DNA of 64,000 nucleotides from Parcubacteria group bacterium 21-54-25 (lineage in GTDB: Bacteria > Patescibacteriota > Minisyncoccia > Phycocordibacterales > Phycocordibacteraceae): NCBI GenBank assembly GCA_002255585.1, contig NCBJ01000006.1:94-64093 (forward strand). Direction: 5' to 3'. Numbering within the stretch: the first letter of the stretch is position 1; every line of letters begins with the position of its first letter. The position numbers and the translations under genes were made by a program. Shown one piece after another: positions 37,836-46,560 of this stretch. Under the pieces are notes generated by a model. The model was given only the letters and a program-made list of their open reading frames with translations, was not told where the DNA came from and did not search any database.

Positions 37836-39662
37836 ATGTCACTTATTGATTTTCTCAACAAAAAACATCAACAGGAGTCTGCCGTCACCTCGGTGCTTCC
37901 GAAAGATATCTATGCCGAGGGGAAACTTGATCTGGTCGACACTATTGCGCCCGCGGCGCTTAAGGTTAGCGCGCGCGAAATTGAACTGGGTGAGAAGTTT
38001 GCGCGCACCTTTTATACCATCTCGTACCCCGCCTTTCTTTCTGACGGCTGGTTTGCACCGATTGTAAATCTCGATAAGGTGCTCGATGCATCAATATTCA
38101 TACACCCCCTTGAAACCGAGGAGGCGCTCCGTAACTTCCAAAAGAAGGTGGCTGATGTGCAAAGCCAGATAAACGAACGCGAACACAAGGGCTTGGTACG
38201 CGACCCGAAGCTTGACACCGCCTACCAAAACCTTGAGGCGCTGCGCGACCGGCTTCAGCAGGCGCGCGAGAAACTGTTTGATGTTGGGCTCTACCTCACG
38301 CTCTACGGCGATTCGAAAGAGGAAATTGACAAAACCGAGGGGGATATTCGCGGCATCCTCGACGCGCAGCTCGTCTACACAAAGCCTGCGCTTTTTCAAC
38401 AAGAACAGGGGTTCCGCACAACGCTCCCGCTTGGCAACGACGAGCTCATGGTCGAGTCGAAAATGAACTCTGAACCGCTCTCGTCCATCTTCCCGTTTGT
38501 TTCGTTTGATCTCACGAGTGATCGCGGCATTCTCTATGGTATTAATCGGCACAACGCTTCCTTAATTCTCTTCGATCGCTTCTCTCTTGAAAACTATAAC
38601 TCGGTCGTATTTGCGAAATCCGGTTCGGGTAAGTCATACGCGCTGAAGCTCGAGATCCTTCGCTCGCTCATGTTTGGCACTGACGTAATCGTCATTGACC
38701 CTGAGCGCGAGTACGAGCAGCTTGCCGAGGCCACTGACGGGCGCTCTTTTAACATCTCTCTATCCTCTGAACATCATATAAATCCCTTCGACCTGCCGGT
38801 CATCCAGGAGGGAGAAGATCCGAAGGACCTGCTGCGCAACAACATTATTACGCTCGTGGGACTGTTTCGCATCATGCTGGGCGGTCTTACGCCTGGAGAG
38901 GACGCGCTTATCGATCGCGCAATTACGGAAACCTACGCCCTCAAAGACATTACTGGCGATACTGATTTCACCAATATTGAGCCACCACTGTTGGCGGACT
39001 TCGAAACGGTACTCGTGGGTATGGAGGGGACTGATTCGCTCGTGGAGCGGCTCACCAAGTACACCACTGGTTCGTGGAGTGGTTTCATCAATCAACCAAC
39101 CAATATCGATATCAATCGCCAATTTATTGTGTTTTCGGTGCGTGATATGGAGGACGAGCTGAAGCCGGTCGCCATGTATATCGTTTCGCACTACATTTGG
39201 AACGCAATTCGTCGCAACCTTAAAAAACGCCTTTTAGTTATCGATGAGGCGTGGTGGATGATGAAAGCAGAGGACACCGCCTCTTTCCTCTACTCGCTTG
39301 CCAAACGTGGGCGCAAATATTACCTCGGTGTTGCGACGATTACCCAGGACGTTGAGGACTTCTTGCGCTCGCCCTATGGGCGGCCAATTCTGACAAACTC
39401 ATCCATTCAGCTTCTTTTGAAACAATCGCCGACAACCGTCGATGTGCTCCAAAAAACCTTTAATCTTACCGATGAGGAAAAATACCTGCTGCTTGAGTCC
39501 GGGGTGGGTGAGGGGCTCTTCTTCGCCGGATTGAAACACGTGGCTATTAAAATTGTTGCTTCGTACACCGAAGATCAGATCATCACATCGGATCCGTCAC
39601 AACTTCTTGCAATCAAGCGCGAAAAAGAACGACTTGAAGAAACTGATGCTGGCGGCACGTAG
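37836..39662 (+). CDS. VirB4/TraC/PrgJ-family conjugation-type ATPase (C-terminal ATPase portion)
   Basis: 608 aa. Walker A is VVFAKSGSGKSYAL and Walker B is VIVIDPEREY. The C-terminal TraC/VirB4 motifs are VATITQDVEDF. Confidence 0.8.
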   Translation: MSLIDFLNKKHQQESAVTSVLPKDIYAEGKLDLVDTIAPAALKVSAREIELGEKFARTFYTISYPAFLSDGWFAPIVNLDKVLDASIFIHPLETEEALRNFQKKVADVQSQINEREHKGLVRDPKLDTAYQNLEALRDRLQQAREKLFDVGLYLTLYGDSKEEIDKTEGDIRGILDAQLVYTKPALFQQEQGFRTTLPLGNDELMVESKMNSEPLSSIFPFVSFDLTSDRGILYGINRHNASLILFDRFSLENYNSVVFAKSGSGKSYALKLEILRSLMFGTDVIVIDPEREYEQLAEATDGRSFNISLSSEHHINPFDLPVIQEGEDPKDLLRNNIITLVGLFRIMLGGLTPGEDALIDRAITETYALKDITGDTDFTNIEPPLLADFETVLVGMEGTDSLVERLTKYTTGSWSGFINQPTNIDINRQFIVFSVRDMEDELKPVAMYIVSHYIWNAIRRNLKKRLLVIDEAWWMMKAEDTASFLYSLAKRGRKYYLGVATITQDVEDFLRSPYGRPILTNSSIQLLLKQSPTTVDVLQKTFNLTDEEKYLLLESGVGEGLFFAGLKHVAIKIVASYTEDQIITSDPSQLLAIKREKERLEETDAGGT

Positions 39663-39665
39663 GGT

Positions 39666-40292
39666 ATGGAGCAGCCGCCAAAACAGAAAATGCCCATGTG
39701 GCGCGCCGTCGTCATTGTAGCGCTTGCTTTTTTTGTAGACCTATTGAAATTCTTTTTCTCAATACTTGCCGTCACCGGCCCCCTGCTTGTGGGCGCAGCG
39801 GCGGGCGCAGCTGTGGGTAGTCACCTTGGTTCTACGGCGGGCCACGTTACCGGGCTGGCCGTTATGGGGTCGTCGTACCTATTTGAGTTTGCGAGTGGCG
39901 GCATTGGCGCAGCAGGCATTACGTTCATCGGCGAAATGTTTGCTTTGGCTATTGCTTTTTTTGGAGAGGTGCTCATCACAATGATGCTTGCGCTCTCTGG
40001 AGTACAGATTTTCAGCAAGAAAGCTCCCTCAAAAAGACTTGCTACTGTTTTTGTAACGGCGCTGCTTAATTTTGTACCATTTATTAACAGTGGTCCGTGG
40101 CTTACTGCCGGAACCTGGTTGATTGTGCGCGGTGTTAGAAAAGAAGATCGCGACGCACAGCGTGAATATGAAGATAAGACGAACCAGGAACGCACACGGG
40201 TGCAGTCAAGGCGTGAAGCGGCATCTGCGTTCTTTGCGAATCGACAGGCTGCAAATGAGGAAATCCCCGAATCACCACCACTGGCCGCCTAG
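39666..40292 (+). CDS. Hypothetical polytopic membrane protein
   Basis: 208 aa. It has 4-5 hydrophobic helices rich in Gly/Ala and a charged C-tail. Confidence 0.45.
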   Translation: MEQPPKQKMPMWRAVVIVALAFFVDLLKFFFSILAVTGPLLVGAAAGAAVGSHLGSTAGHVTGLAVMGSSYLFEFASGGIGAAGITFIGEMFALAIAFFGEVLITMMLALSGVQIFSKKAPSKRLATVFVTALLNFVPFINSGPWLTAGTWLIVRGVRKEDRDAQREYEDKTNQERTRVQSRREAASAFFANRQAANEEIPESPPLAA

Positions 40293-40322
40293 CTCGACTC
40301 GTAACGCGGTATACTATTTTAT

Positions 40323-41324
40323 ATGCGGACATTGATTGCGGCTAGTGCGAGCATGAGCATGATTATGTTAGTGCTGCCACTTGCGGTACGCGCGCAAACC
40401 ATCTCCACCGACCCGTTCTCAATCAACATCACACCCGCGTACCCAAGCCCGTATGAGCCACTGACACTGTCTGTTGGAAGCGGCTCTGTTGATATGTCAA
40501 ACAGCACTTTTAAGGTGTTTGTAAACGGGGCACTGGCGACAGTTGGGACGGGCGCGTCTTCTGTTTCTCTCACTGCGAGCGGCCCAGGCACAACAATGAA
40601 TATTCGGGTTGTCGTGTCGTCAGGCGGCCAGCAGTATCAAAAAACACTTGCGGTGCGTCCGCTTGCGGTGGCGCTTTCAGTAGAGCCCCTTGCGACCCTC
40701 CCTCCGCTTTATCCCGGCGGCGCTACCATTCCCCCAAACGGGAGCGTCCGCATGGTCGCCGTTCCTACTTTTTATTCGAATAGTGGTGTCTACATTGACC
40801 CCGCGACTCTTTCGTATACCTGGAGCGTGGGCGGGCAAACGCTTATAGCAAGCTCCGGCATTGGCCAATCCTCGGTGGTTGTTTCGGCACCGCTTCCGTA
40901 CCGTCAAGAAGACGTTTCGGTGCTTGTACAAAACCAAGACGGCTCGCTGGTTGCCTCCCAGAGCGTCGCGCTCACCCCACAGAACCCGCTCGTGCAGTTG
41001 TACCAAAAAGATCCGCTTATGGGGATTGAATATGGGCACGCGCTATCCGGGCAACAAACCCTTTCGGGAGTACAAACTTCATTTGTGGCGGTGCCGTACG
41101 GTTTTTCGACCGATAGTGGCGGGCCGAGCATTGTGTGGTCGCTAAACGGCGCGACGGCGCAGACTGGAGACACTATCACGCTTCAGCCGCAGGGCGCCGG
41201 GCAGGGAAGTGCGGCTCTGTCGGCTGCGGTGAGTGATCCGGCGTCGTACGAGAGCGCGACGGCGGGATTCACTGCGGTATTTGGATCTGCTCAGACCGGC
41301 GGTTTTGGGCTATTCGGTTTGTAG
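40323..41324 (+). CDS. Hypothetical secreted protein
   Basis: 333 aa. It has a signal peptide (MLVLPLAVRAQT). The composition is Ser/Thr/Val-rich and looks beta-rich. Confidence 0.45.
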   Translation: MRTLIAASASMSMIMLVLPLAVRAQTISTDPFSINITPAYPSPYEPLTLSVGSGSVDMSNSTFKVFVNGALATVGTGASSVSLTASGPGTTMNIRVVVSSGGQQYQKTLAVRPLAVALSVEPLATLPPLYPGGATIPPNGSVRMVAVPTFYSNSGVYIDPATLSYTWSVGGQTLIASSGIGQSSVVVSAPLPYRQEDVSVLVQNQDGSLVASQSVALTPQNPLVQLYQKDPLMGIEYGHALSGQQTLSGVQTSFVAVPYGFSTDSGGPSIVWSLNGATAQTGDTITLQPQGAGQGSAALSAAVSDPASYESATAGFTAVFGSAQTGGFGLFGL

Positions 41325-41334
41325 TATTGCTTAT

Positions 41335-42387
41335 ATGTATACCCTACTGTCTTATCGTCAGAAATTATTGCGAATTTTGGCACTCACGGGCTTTGTTGGG
41401 ATGTTATTCCTTTTTCTCCCGCCCATTGCTGCGGCTGCGGGCACTACCGCGGTAACGCCGGCCGTTGCGTCGACTGGTTCTGCTGGTTTTGTTTCTTTGA
41501 CCGGCCTTCCTCTCTTTTCACAAGGAGCGGCTGCGGGCGGCATGAGTACTTTTTTGAATTTACTCTATCAGTACTTAATTGGTATTGCGGTTATCCTCGC
41601 GGTGCTTGAAATTATGTGGGGTGGATTTCTCATCATGGGAAGTGGTGCGAGTGTTTCGAGTAAGGAGGCGGGGAAAAATAAGGTTGGCATGGCGCTCGGC
41701 GGCCTCCTTCTTGTTCTTTCTCCGTATATTGTCTTCAGCCTCATAAACCCCGGCGCGCTTTCGCTCCAAATCGGCGCTGGAAACCTGCAGCTGAGTCCGA
41801 CACCACCACCCAAACAATCTTCGTCCGGACCGCAACAACAAGTCAGTTTAGGTACTGGATGCTCTATTGTTGGCGCAAGTGATGTTTTGCAGACTGCAAA
41901 CTGTCCTTCTTCTAAAAGTACGCAGCAATTCCAAAACTTGTGTGGCAGCGAGGGGGGTCAATATTCGAACATCTCTTTAAACAAGTATGCTGACGGAACA
42001 GCGGCTTATGGTGTCTGGATGTGCTCGTGGCCACATAAATATGTATTTATAGACACAAGCCCGAACTCCCTTTTGTCTCTTCAGAACTACACCTCGGCAT
42101 TTAATACCATTAACTGGATGCAGCCACTGGCGGTCACGTCAAAAGACTCAAACAATGCTAGTTCCGCGATACAATTTGCACACATCTGCTCAAGTGCTGG
42201 CTTCTCGACCTGTATAAGCCAACAGTTTCTCTCTGTTCCTTGTGCACCTATACCGAAAACATCGCTGCCTGCGGGCAGAAGTATGAAATGTTATTCAGAA
42301 TCTTTAACATGTAGGGACTATGGCTATGCACACTCTATTGTCGCGAGCTTGTGCTCAAAGGACCCAAGCTGGGCACCGTTTCAGTAG
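41335..42387 (+). CDS. VirB2/TrbC-like pilin-type protein with a Cys-rich C-terminal extension
   Basis: A signal-like helix is followed by two hydrophobic segments separated by a short charged loop (LIGIAVILAVLEIMWGGFLIMGSG...KNKVGMALGGLLLVLSPYIVFSLI), as in T4SS pilins. A ~200-aa domain with 12 Cys follows. The start is at ATG 41335; the ORF track's 41233 overlaps the previous gene. Confidence 0.45.
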   Translation: MYTLLSYRQKLLRILALTGFVGMLFLFLPPIAAAAGTTAVTPAVASTGSAGFVSLTGLPLFSQGAAAGGMSTFLNLLYQYLIGIAVILAVLEIMWGGFLIMGSGASVSSKEAGKNKVGMALGGLLLVLSPYIVFSLINPGALSLQIGAGNLQLSPTPPPKQSSSGPQQQVSLGTGCSIVGASDVLQTANCPSSKSTQQFQNLCGSEGGQYSNISLNKYADGTAAYGVWMCSWPHKYVFIDTSPNSLLSLQNYTSAFNTINWMQPLAVTSKDSNNASSAIQFAHICSSAGFSTCISQQFLSVPCAPIPKTSLPAGRSMKCYSESLTCRDYGYAHSIVASLCSKDPSWAPFQ

Positions 42388-42392
42388 ATGAT

Positions 42393-43613
42393 ATGAGAAG
42401 AATCTTTATTGTTGCTGGTAGCATCCTCGCTCTCGTAATTGTGGGCGTTGGCGGGTATATTTTATTTTTTGCGCATCGGGCTAGTGTGGCGGTAGCTCCG
42501 CCCGAGCAGGTGGCCTTCCCAACAGGAACCAGCACGGGCCCCGTAGGGGCTGTTGTGGGCACAAGCACCGCTCCTGTGGTCGTCCAGCCGGCTTCCACCG
42601 CTTCGAGCACGCAGCCGCATTTGGTGCAAATTGCGGCAGGCCCTGTGGTGCCGGGGGTGGTCGTGTTTGACGCCACCACAACCTCAACAAGTACGGTTTC
42701 TGCTGTGGTTCGATATATCGATCGACAGAGTGGTAACGTGTACAGCTACGCTGTTGCAAACGGGGAGTTGTCGCGCCTCTCGAACAAAACGATCCCTGGT
42801 ATCGAGCGCGCGACGTGGCTTGCCGATGGCTCGCTTGCGTACGTGCAATATTTGTCCGCCATCAGCGGCACCACAAACACCCAGACCTACGCGCTTCCCG
42901 CAAACGGTATTGGTGGTTTCTTTCTTGCACAAGACCTCTCTGGAATAGCGGTGCAGGGCTCAAAATCCATCCTCACGCTTGCTTCCGGCGCAAATGGATC
43001 GGCAGCTACGTATGCGAAATCGGATGACAGCAGCCCCTATACTGCCTTCCAAACACCGCTCTCTTCTGTTGTCGCCTCGTTTGCTGGGCCGTCCCACTAT
43101 TTGATATACACCAAACCATCCGTGGCGCTTGGTGGCTACGCATTTCTCGTCAACAAAAAAACTGGCGCGTTTTCCCAAATAGCTGGCCCTCTCGACGGAC
43201 TTGTGGCGCGCGCAAGCCCGGACGGCACACAAATTCTCGTGAGTTATGTTGATGCACAGGGAGCGATGCGTTTGGAGTTGGTTGCTGTGGCAACCCACAC
43301 AGCGACAGAGCTGCCGCTGGCAACAATTGCGAGCAAGTGTGTGTGGGCCAGCGACAGCGCGTCTATTTATTGCGGTATCCCCACTAACCCCCCAGCCGCT
43401 TCCTATCCGGATGATTGGTACCAGGGCGCAGTGGCTTTTGATGATCAGATATGGAAAATTGATGTGGCCGGCCGTTATGCGCAATTGGTGCTTGATTTTT
43501 CGAAAGAGACGGGCGGGCAGCTTGACGCAACCGCACTGTCGGTTGATCCCAAAAACACTGTTTTGTCGTTTGTAAATAAAAATGATGGGTCGTTGTGGGA
43601 GTACAGATTTTAG
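42393..43613 (+). CDS. Hypothetical membrane-anchored extracytoplasmic protein (last gene of the operon)
   Basis: ~407 aa from MRRIFIVAGSILALVIVGVGGYILFF. The composition looks beta-rich, possibly a propeller-like fold. Confidence 0.45.
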   Translation: MRRIFIVAGSILALVIVGVGGYILFFAHRASVAVAPPEQVAFPTGTSTGPVGAVVGTSTAPVVVQPASTASSTQPHLVQIAAGPVVPGVVVFDATTTSTSTVSAVVRYIDRQSGNVYSYAVANGELSRLSNKTIPGIERATWLADGSLAYVQYLSAISGTTNTQTYALPANGIGGFFLAQDLSGIAVQGSKSILTLASGANGSAATYAKSDDSSPYTAFQTPLSSVVASFAGPSHYLIYTKPSVALGGYAFLVNKKTGAFSQIAGPLDGLVARASPDGTQILVSYVDAQGAMRLELVAVATHTATELPLATIASKCVWASDSASIYCGIPTNPPAASYPDDWYQGAVAFDDQIWKIDVAGRYAQLVLDFSKETGGQLDATALSVDPKNTVLSFVNKNDGSLWEYRF

Positions 43614-43635
43614 GGGGGTGTGGAACTTCTTGTTT

Positions 43636-44403
43636 TTAGGCAACCGCTTTTGTTTTTTTGTCCTCAAGTGAGTCTGTCGCCGCCTCATGCGCTAAACTGC
43701 GCCGTACGTAGAGTTCCTGAAAGGAACCAAATGTGTTGGTGGTTACAAAATAAAGCGCGATAGCGCCGCCAGTTGAATACGCAATGGCGGTGATAATAAA
43801 AGGGAAGACGAAGCGCATTTGGGTGCCCATCATTCGTGAAAAATCTGCGGTGGCGCCATTCTTTTTTATAGGTTGCTTGACCCGAGACAGAGCGAGGGTT
43901 GCTTGTATGTATTGGGTGATACCAGCAAGCGCGGCGAGAATAACGCTTTTCCCGGCAATATTTATAAGTCCAAGGAATTTCATAGACACGACAGTTGGCG
44001 CAGTAACAAAAGTGTAGAGAATGTGGGTGTCGATATTTGGAAATGCCTCGTAACGAAACACGAGATAGAGGGCGAGTAATATGGGTATTTGCAGTACGAC
44101 GGTTATGATGCTTGAAAAGGGATTTATTTGTGCCTCTCGATACAAGGCCATTGTTTTTTCTGCTTGCGCGGCTTTGTCATTTTTATGAAGCTCTTTTATT
44201 TCGTTGAGTTTCGGTTCAAGCCCGCCGATAACTTGCTGTGTCCTCGCTGCAGAGAGAGAAAAAGGAAGAAGGAGGAGGCGGATAAATATTGTAATGATGA
44301 GCACCGCAAGACCAACGTCCCCCCCAGGGGCAAGGTGTACGAGAAAAACAAGCAGGTTGTAGATTGGGTTGTAGAAAAAGGTGTGGAAAAGATATGCGAT
44401 CAT
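43636..44403 (-). CDS. yidC: Membrane protein insertase YidC (short form)
   Basis: 255 aa. The YidC/Oxa1 core is GLAVLIITIFIRLLLLPFS with 5 TM helices. It overlaps rnpA by 4 nt, the conserved rnpA-yidC arrangement. Confidence 0.85.
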   Translation of the reverse strand: MIAYLFHTFFYNPIYNLLVFLVHLAPGGDVGLAVLIITIFIRLLLLPFSLSAARTQQVIGGLEPKLNEIKELHKNDKAAQAEKTMALYREAQINPFSSIITVVLQIPILLALYLVFRYEAFPNIDTHILYTFVTAPTVVSMKFLGLINIAGKSVILAALAGITQYIQATLALSRVKQPIKKNGATADFSRMMGTQMRFVFPFIITAIAYSTGGAIALYFVTTNTFGSFQELYVRRSLAHEAATDSLEDKKTKAVA

Positions 44404-44735
44404 GGTTTCGTTGATGTATTGTACCTCATTAGATCGTTAAAAAGAGTGTTGGTTTCCTCAAAAAGGTCTTTGTATGTGAGTGTTTCTGCCCCCTTTCTTG
44501 CAAAAAGAACGAGGCTTTTTGTGGGTAGTGTGCTTGCTCGACATACTGCAAACAATTGGCGCTTAAGACGGTGTCTTTGTACTGATGTTTTTGCTATTTT
44601 TTTACTCACCACGACCGCGCACCCGGACACACTGTTTGCGTACACAAGAGACAAGTGTTTTGAGTTGGATCGATTCCCAATGGAAAGTAGGTAGGTCAGG
44701 TCGCGCCGACGAAGCCGGCGGAAATGATCGGGCAT
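44400..44735 (-). CDS. rnpA: Ribonuclease P protein component
   Basis: The RnpA pattern VSKKIAKTSVQRHRLKRQL is present. It is positioned between rpmH and yidC. Confidence 0.75.
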   Translation of the reverse strand: MPDHFRRLRRRDLTYLLSIGNRSNSKHLSLVYANSVSGCAVVVSKKIAKTSVQRHRLKRQLFAVCRASTLPTKSLVLFARKGAETLTYKDLFEETNTLFNDLMRYNTSTKP

Positions 44736-44745
44736 ATGTAATTAT

Positions 44746-44883
44746 TTATACCGCAAGTTGTTTGCGGCCTTTTTGTGCTCGGCGACGCAGTATTTTCCGG
44801 CCGCCGGGTGTTTTTGATCGCGAGAGGAAGCCGTGTGTTTTTGCGCGCTTGCGTTTTTTTGGTTGATAGGTGCGTTTTGGCAT
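44746..44883 (-). CDS. rpmH: 50S ribosomal protein L34
   Basis: Manual minus-strand translation gives [45 protein letters not shown], the canonical L34. It is too short for the ORF track. Confidence 0.85.
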   Translation of the reverse strand: MPKRTYQPKKRKRAKTHGFLSRSKTPGGRKILRRRAQKGRKQLAV

Positions 44884-44990
44884 GTCCACAGGATACTAAC
44901 AGGTTGTGGTGGAAACCGCAAGATGTGTTGTGTTTTCTATACCATTTGCTTTGGTGGTGGGGAGTGTATAATGCCTTACACACAGGCCCA

Positions 44991-46364
44991 ATGAACACTC
45001 CAACTCATACTGTAAATACTGCTGACGCTCACGAGCTTTGGGAGTATGTACTGAGTCAGATAGAGCTCTCAATATCACCAGCAAACTTTAACACGTGGTT
45101 TAAATCGAGCTCTATTGTAAAAATAGAGGAGGGGGTGGTGTATGTGGGCCTACCGAGCCAATTTTTCCGTGAGTGGTATTTGAAAAAATTCCATCCAACC
45201 ATTTTAAAAGTGGTTCGTTCGGTCTCGTATGAGTTTCGTAACGTTGAATACCTTATTGTAAAAGATGAGCGCAGAAGGCTTGTACGGGAACAAAAACACG
45301 ACAAACCAACCATCGAACTCCCGTTGAATGAGTTTTATGTCAATAAGAGTGATAATTTAAACCCGCGATATACATTCGACTCGTTTGTTGTTGGTTCTTT
45401 CAATGAGCTTGCTTATACTGCCGCTCAGGCGGCGATAAATCGCCCCGGAATAACCTACAACCCACTTTTTATTTATGGGGACACAGGGAGAGGAAAAACA
45501 CACCTTATTCAAGCAATAGGCAACCAATTTAAAAAACTTTACCCAAACAGAAAAGTTTACTATCTAACCTCTGAAAAGTTTGCTGTTGATTATACCGACT
45601 CTCTTCAGTCGGGGTCTGCAAACCGTTTTAAAGATAAATATCGTCAATACGATCTTCTTATTATGGATGATATTCAGTTCCTCTCCAGGAAAGAGAAGTC
45701 GCAGGAGGAGCTTTTTCATCTTTTCAACGCATTGTATGACAATAATAAACAAATTGTCTTTTCTTCAGACCACGCTCCGGTTGCTATCCCAGATATTGCC
45801 AACCGGCTCAGAAGTCGTTTCTCTGTTGGTATGATGATTGATATTGGAGAGCCGGACATGGAGTCGCGTGTTGCTATTATTAATAAAAAAATGGCATTAA
45901 ATAGTGTGGTGCTTGCGCCAGAAGTTGTTGAATATATTGCAACAACCGTTCCTGGTAGTATTCGTGAACTTGAGGGGGTGGTGAATAATATTGTATGCCA
46001 TACTCAAACTAAAGGAGTGCCACCAGACATTGCTGAGGTGCGCCAAACTCTCCGCTCATTCTCAAAATCTACAAAAAATGTTTCAGTTAAGTATATTGTG
46101 TCGAAGGTTGCTGATTTTTACGGTATTGATCAGGAAAGTGTATATGAGAAAACGAGACGACGGGAAGTTGTTCGACCGCGGCAAATAATTATGTATATTT
46201 TACGTGAGGATTTTAGTGTCTCTTATCCGACTATTGGTATGAAGTTGGGTGGGAGAGACCATACAACAGTGATTCATTCTTGTGAGAAAATTAAAAGAAA
46301 TCTTATTGAGGATCCTGAGCTTGCAAAAGAGATTGAGGATATTAGGACACTGTTAACTAATTGA
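44991..46364 (+). CDS. dnaA: Chromosomal replication initiator protein DnaA
   Basis: It has the DnaA N-domain, AAA+ Walker A (GDTGRGKTHL) and Walker B (LLIMDDIQFL), and a C-terminal DNA-binding domain. The start is taken at MNTPTH (ATG 44991). The upstream extension to 44775 runs into the rpmH promoter region. Confidence 0.9.
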   Translation: MNTPTHTVNTADAHELWEYVLSQIELSISPANFNTWFKSSSIVKIEEGVVYVGLPSQFFREWYLKKFHPTILKVVRSVSYEFRNVEYLIVKDERRRLVREQKHDKPTIELPLNEFYVNKSDNLNPRYTFDSFVVGSFNELAYTAAQAAINRPGITYNPLFIYGDTGRGKTHLIQAIGNQFKKLYPNRKVYYLTSEKFAVDYTDSLQSGSANRFKDKYRQYDLLIMDDIQFLSRKEKSQEELFHLFNALYDNNKQIVFSSDHAPVAIPDIANRLRSRFSVGMMIDIGEPDMESRVAIINKKMALNSVVLAPEVVEYIATTVPGSIRELEGVVNNIVCHTQTKGVPPDIAEVRQTLRSFSKSTKNVSVKYIVSKVADFYGIDQESVYEKTRRREVVRPRQIIMYILREDFSVSYPTIGMKLGGRDHTTVIHSCEKIKRNLIEDPELAKEIEDIRTLLTN

Positions 46365-46463
46365 GTATTTTTGTGGAAAAAACTATGTATATCTTCTGGA
46401 TAAAAAACAAAATTTCCACTTCATTAAATGTTGTGGTGAGTTTAGTTGGTGATGTTGTTAATA

Positions 46464-46543
46464 TTATCCACCTACTGTCTTTTTATCCATCTGTTTTTTA
46501 TGCTTCTGTGGTGGGGGTTTTTAAAGAATCCACATTATCCACA
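46464..46543. promoter_or_regulatory. oriC DnaA-box cluster in the dnaA-dnaN spacer
   Basis: The boxes are TTATCCACC (46464-46472), TTATCCATC (46483-46491), GAATCCACA (46526-46534) and a perfect TTATCCACA (46535-46543). The region is AT-rich (46365-46560). Confidence 0.65.
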
Positions 46544-46560
46544 CAGTTAATAGAAGTACT

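Noticed and set aside
41233-41334. Start of the pilin-like ORF at 41233
   Set aside because: It overlaps the previous gene by 92 nt in a different frame. ATG 41335 lies 10 nt after that gene's stop.
44775-44990. 72-codon upstream extension of dnaA
   Set aside because: It runs through the rpmH promoter/5' region and a TATAAT box. The conserved DnaA N-terminus starts at MNTPTH (44991).
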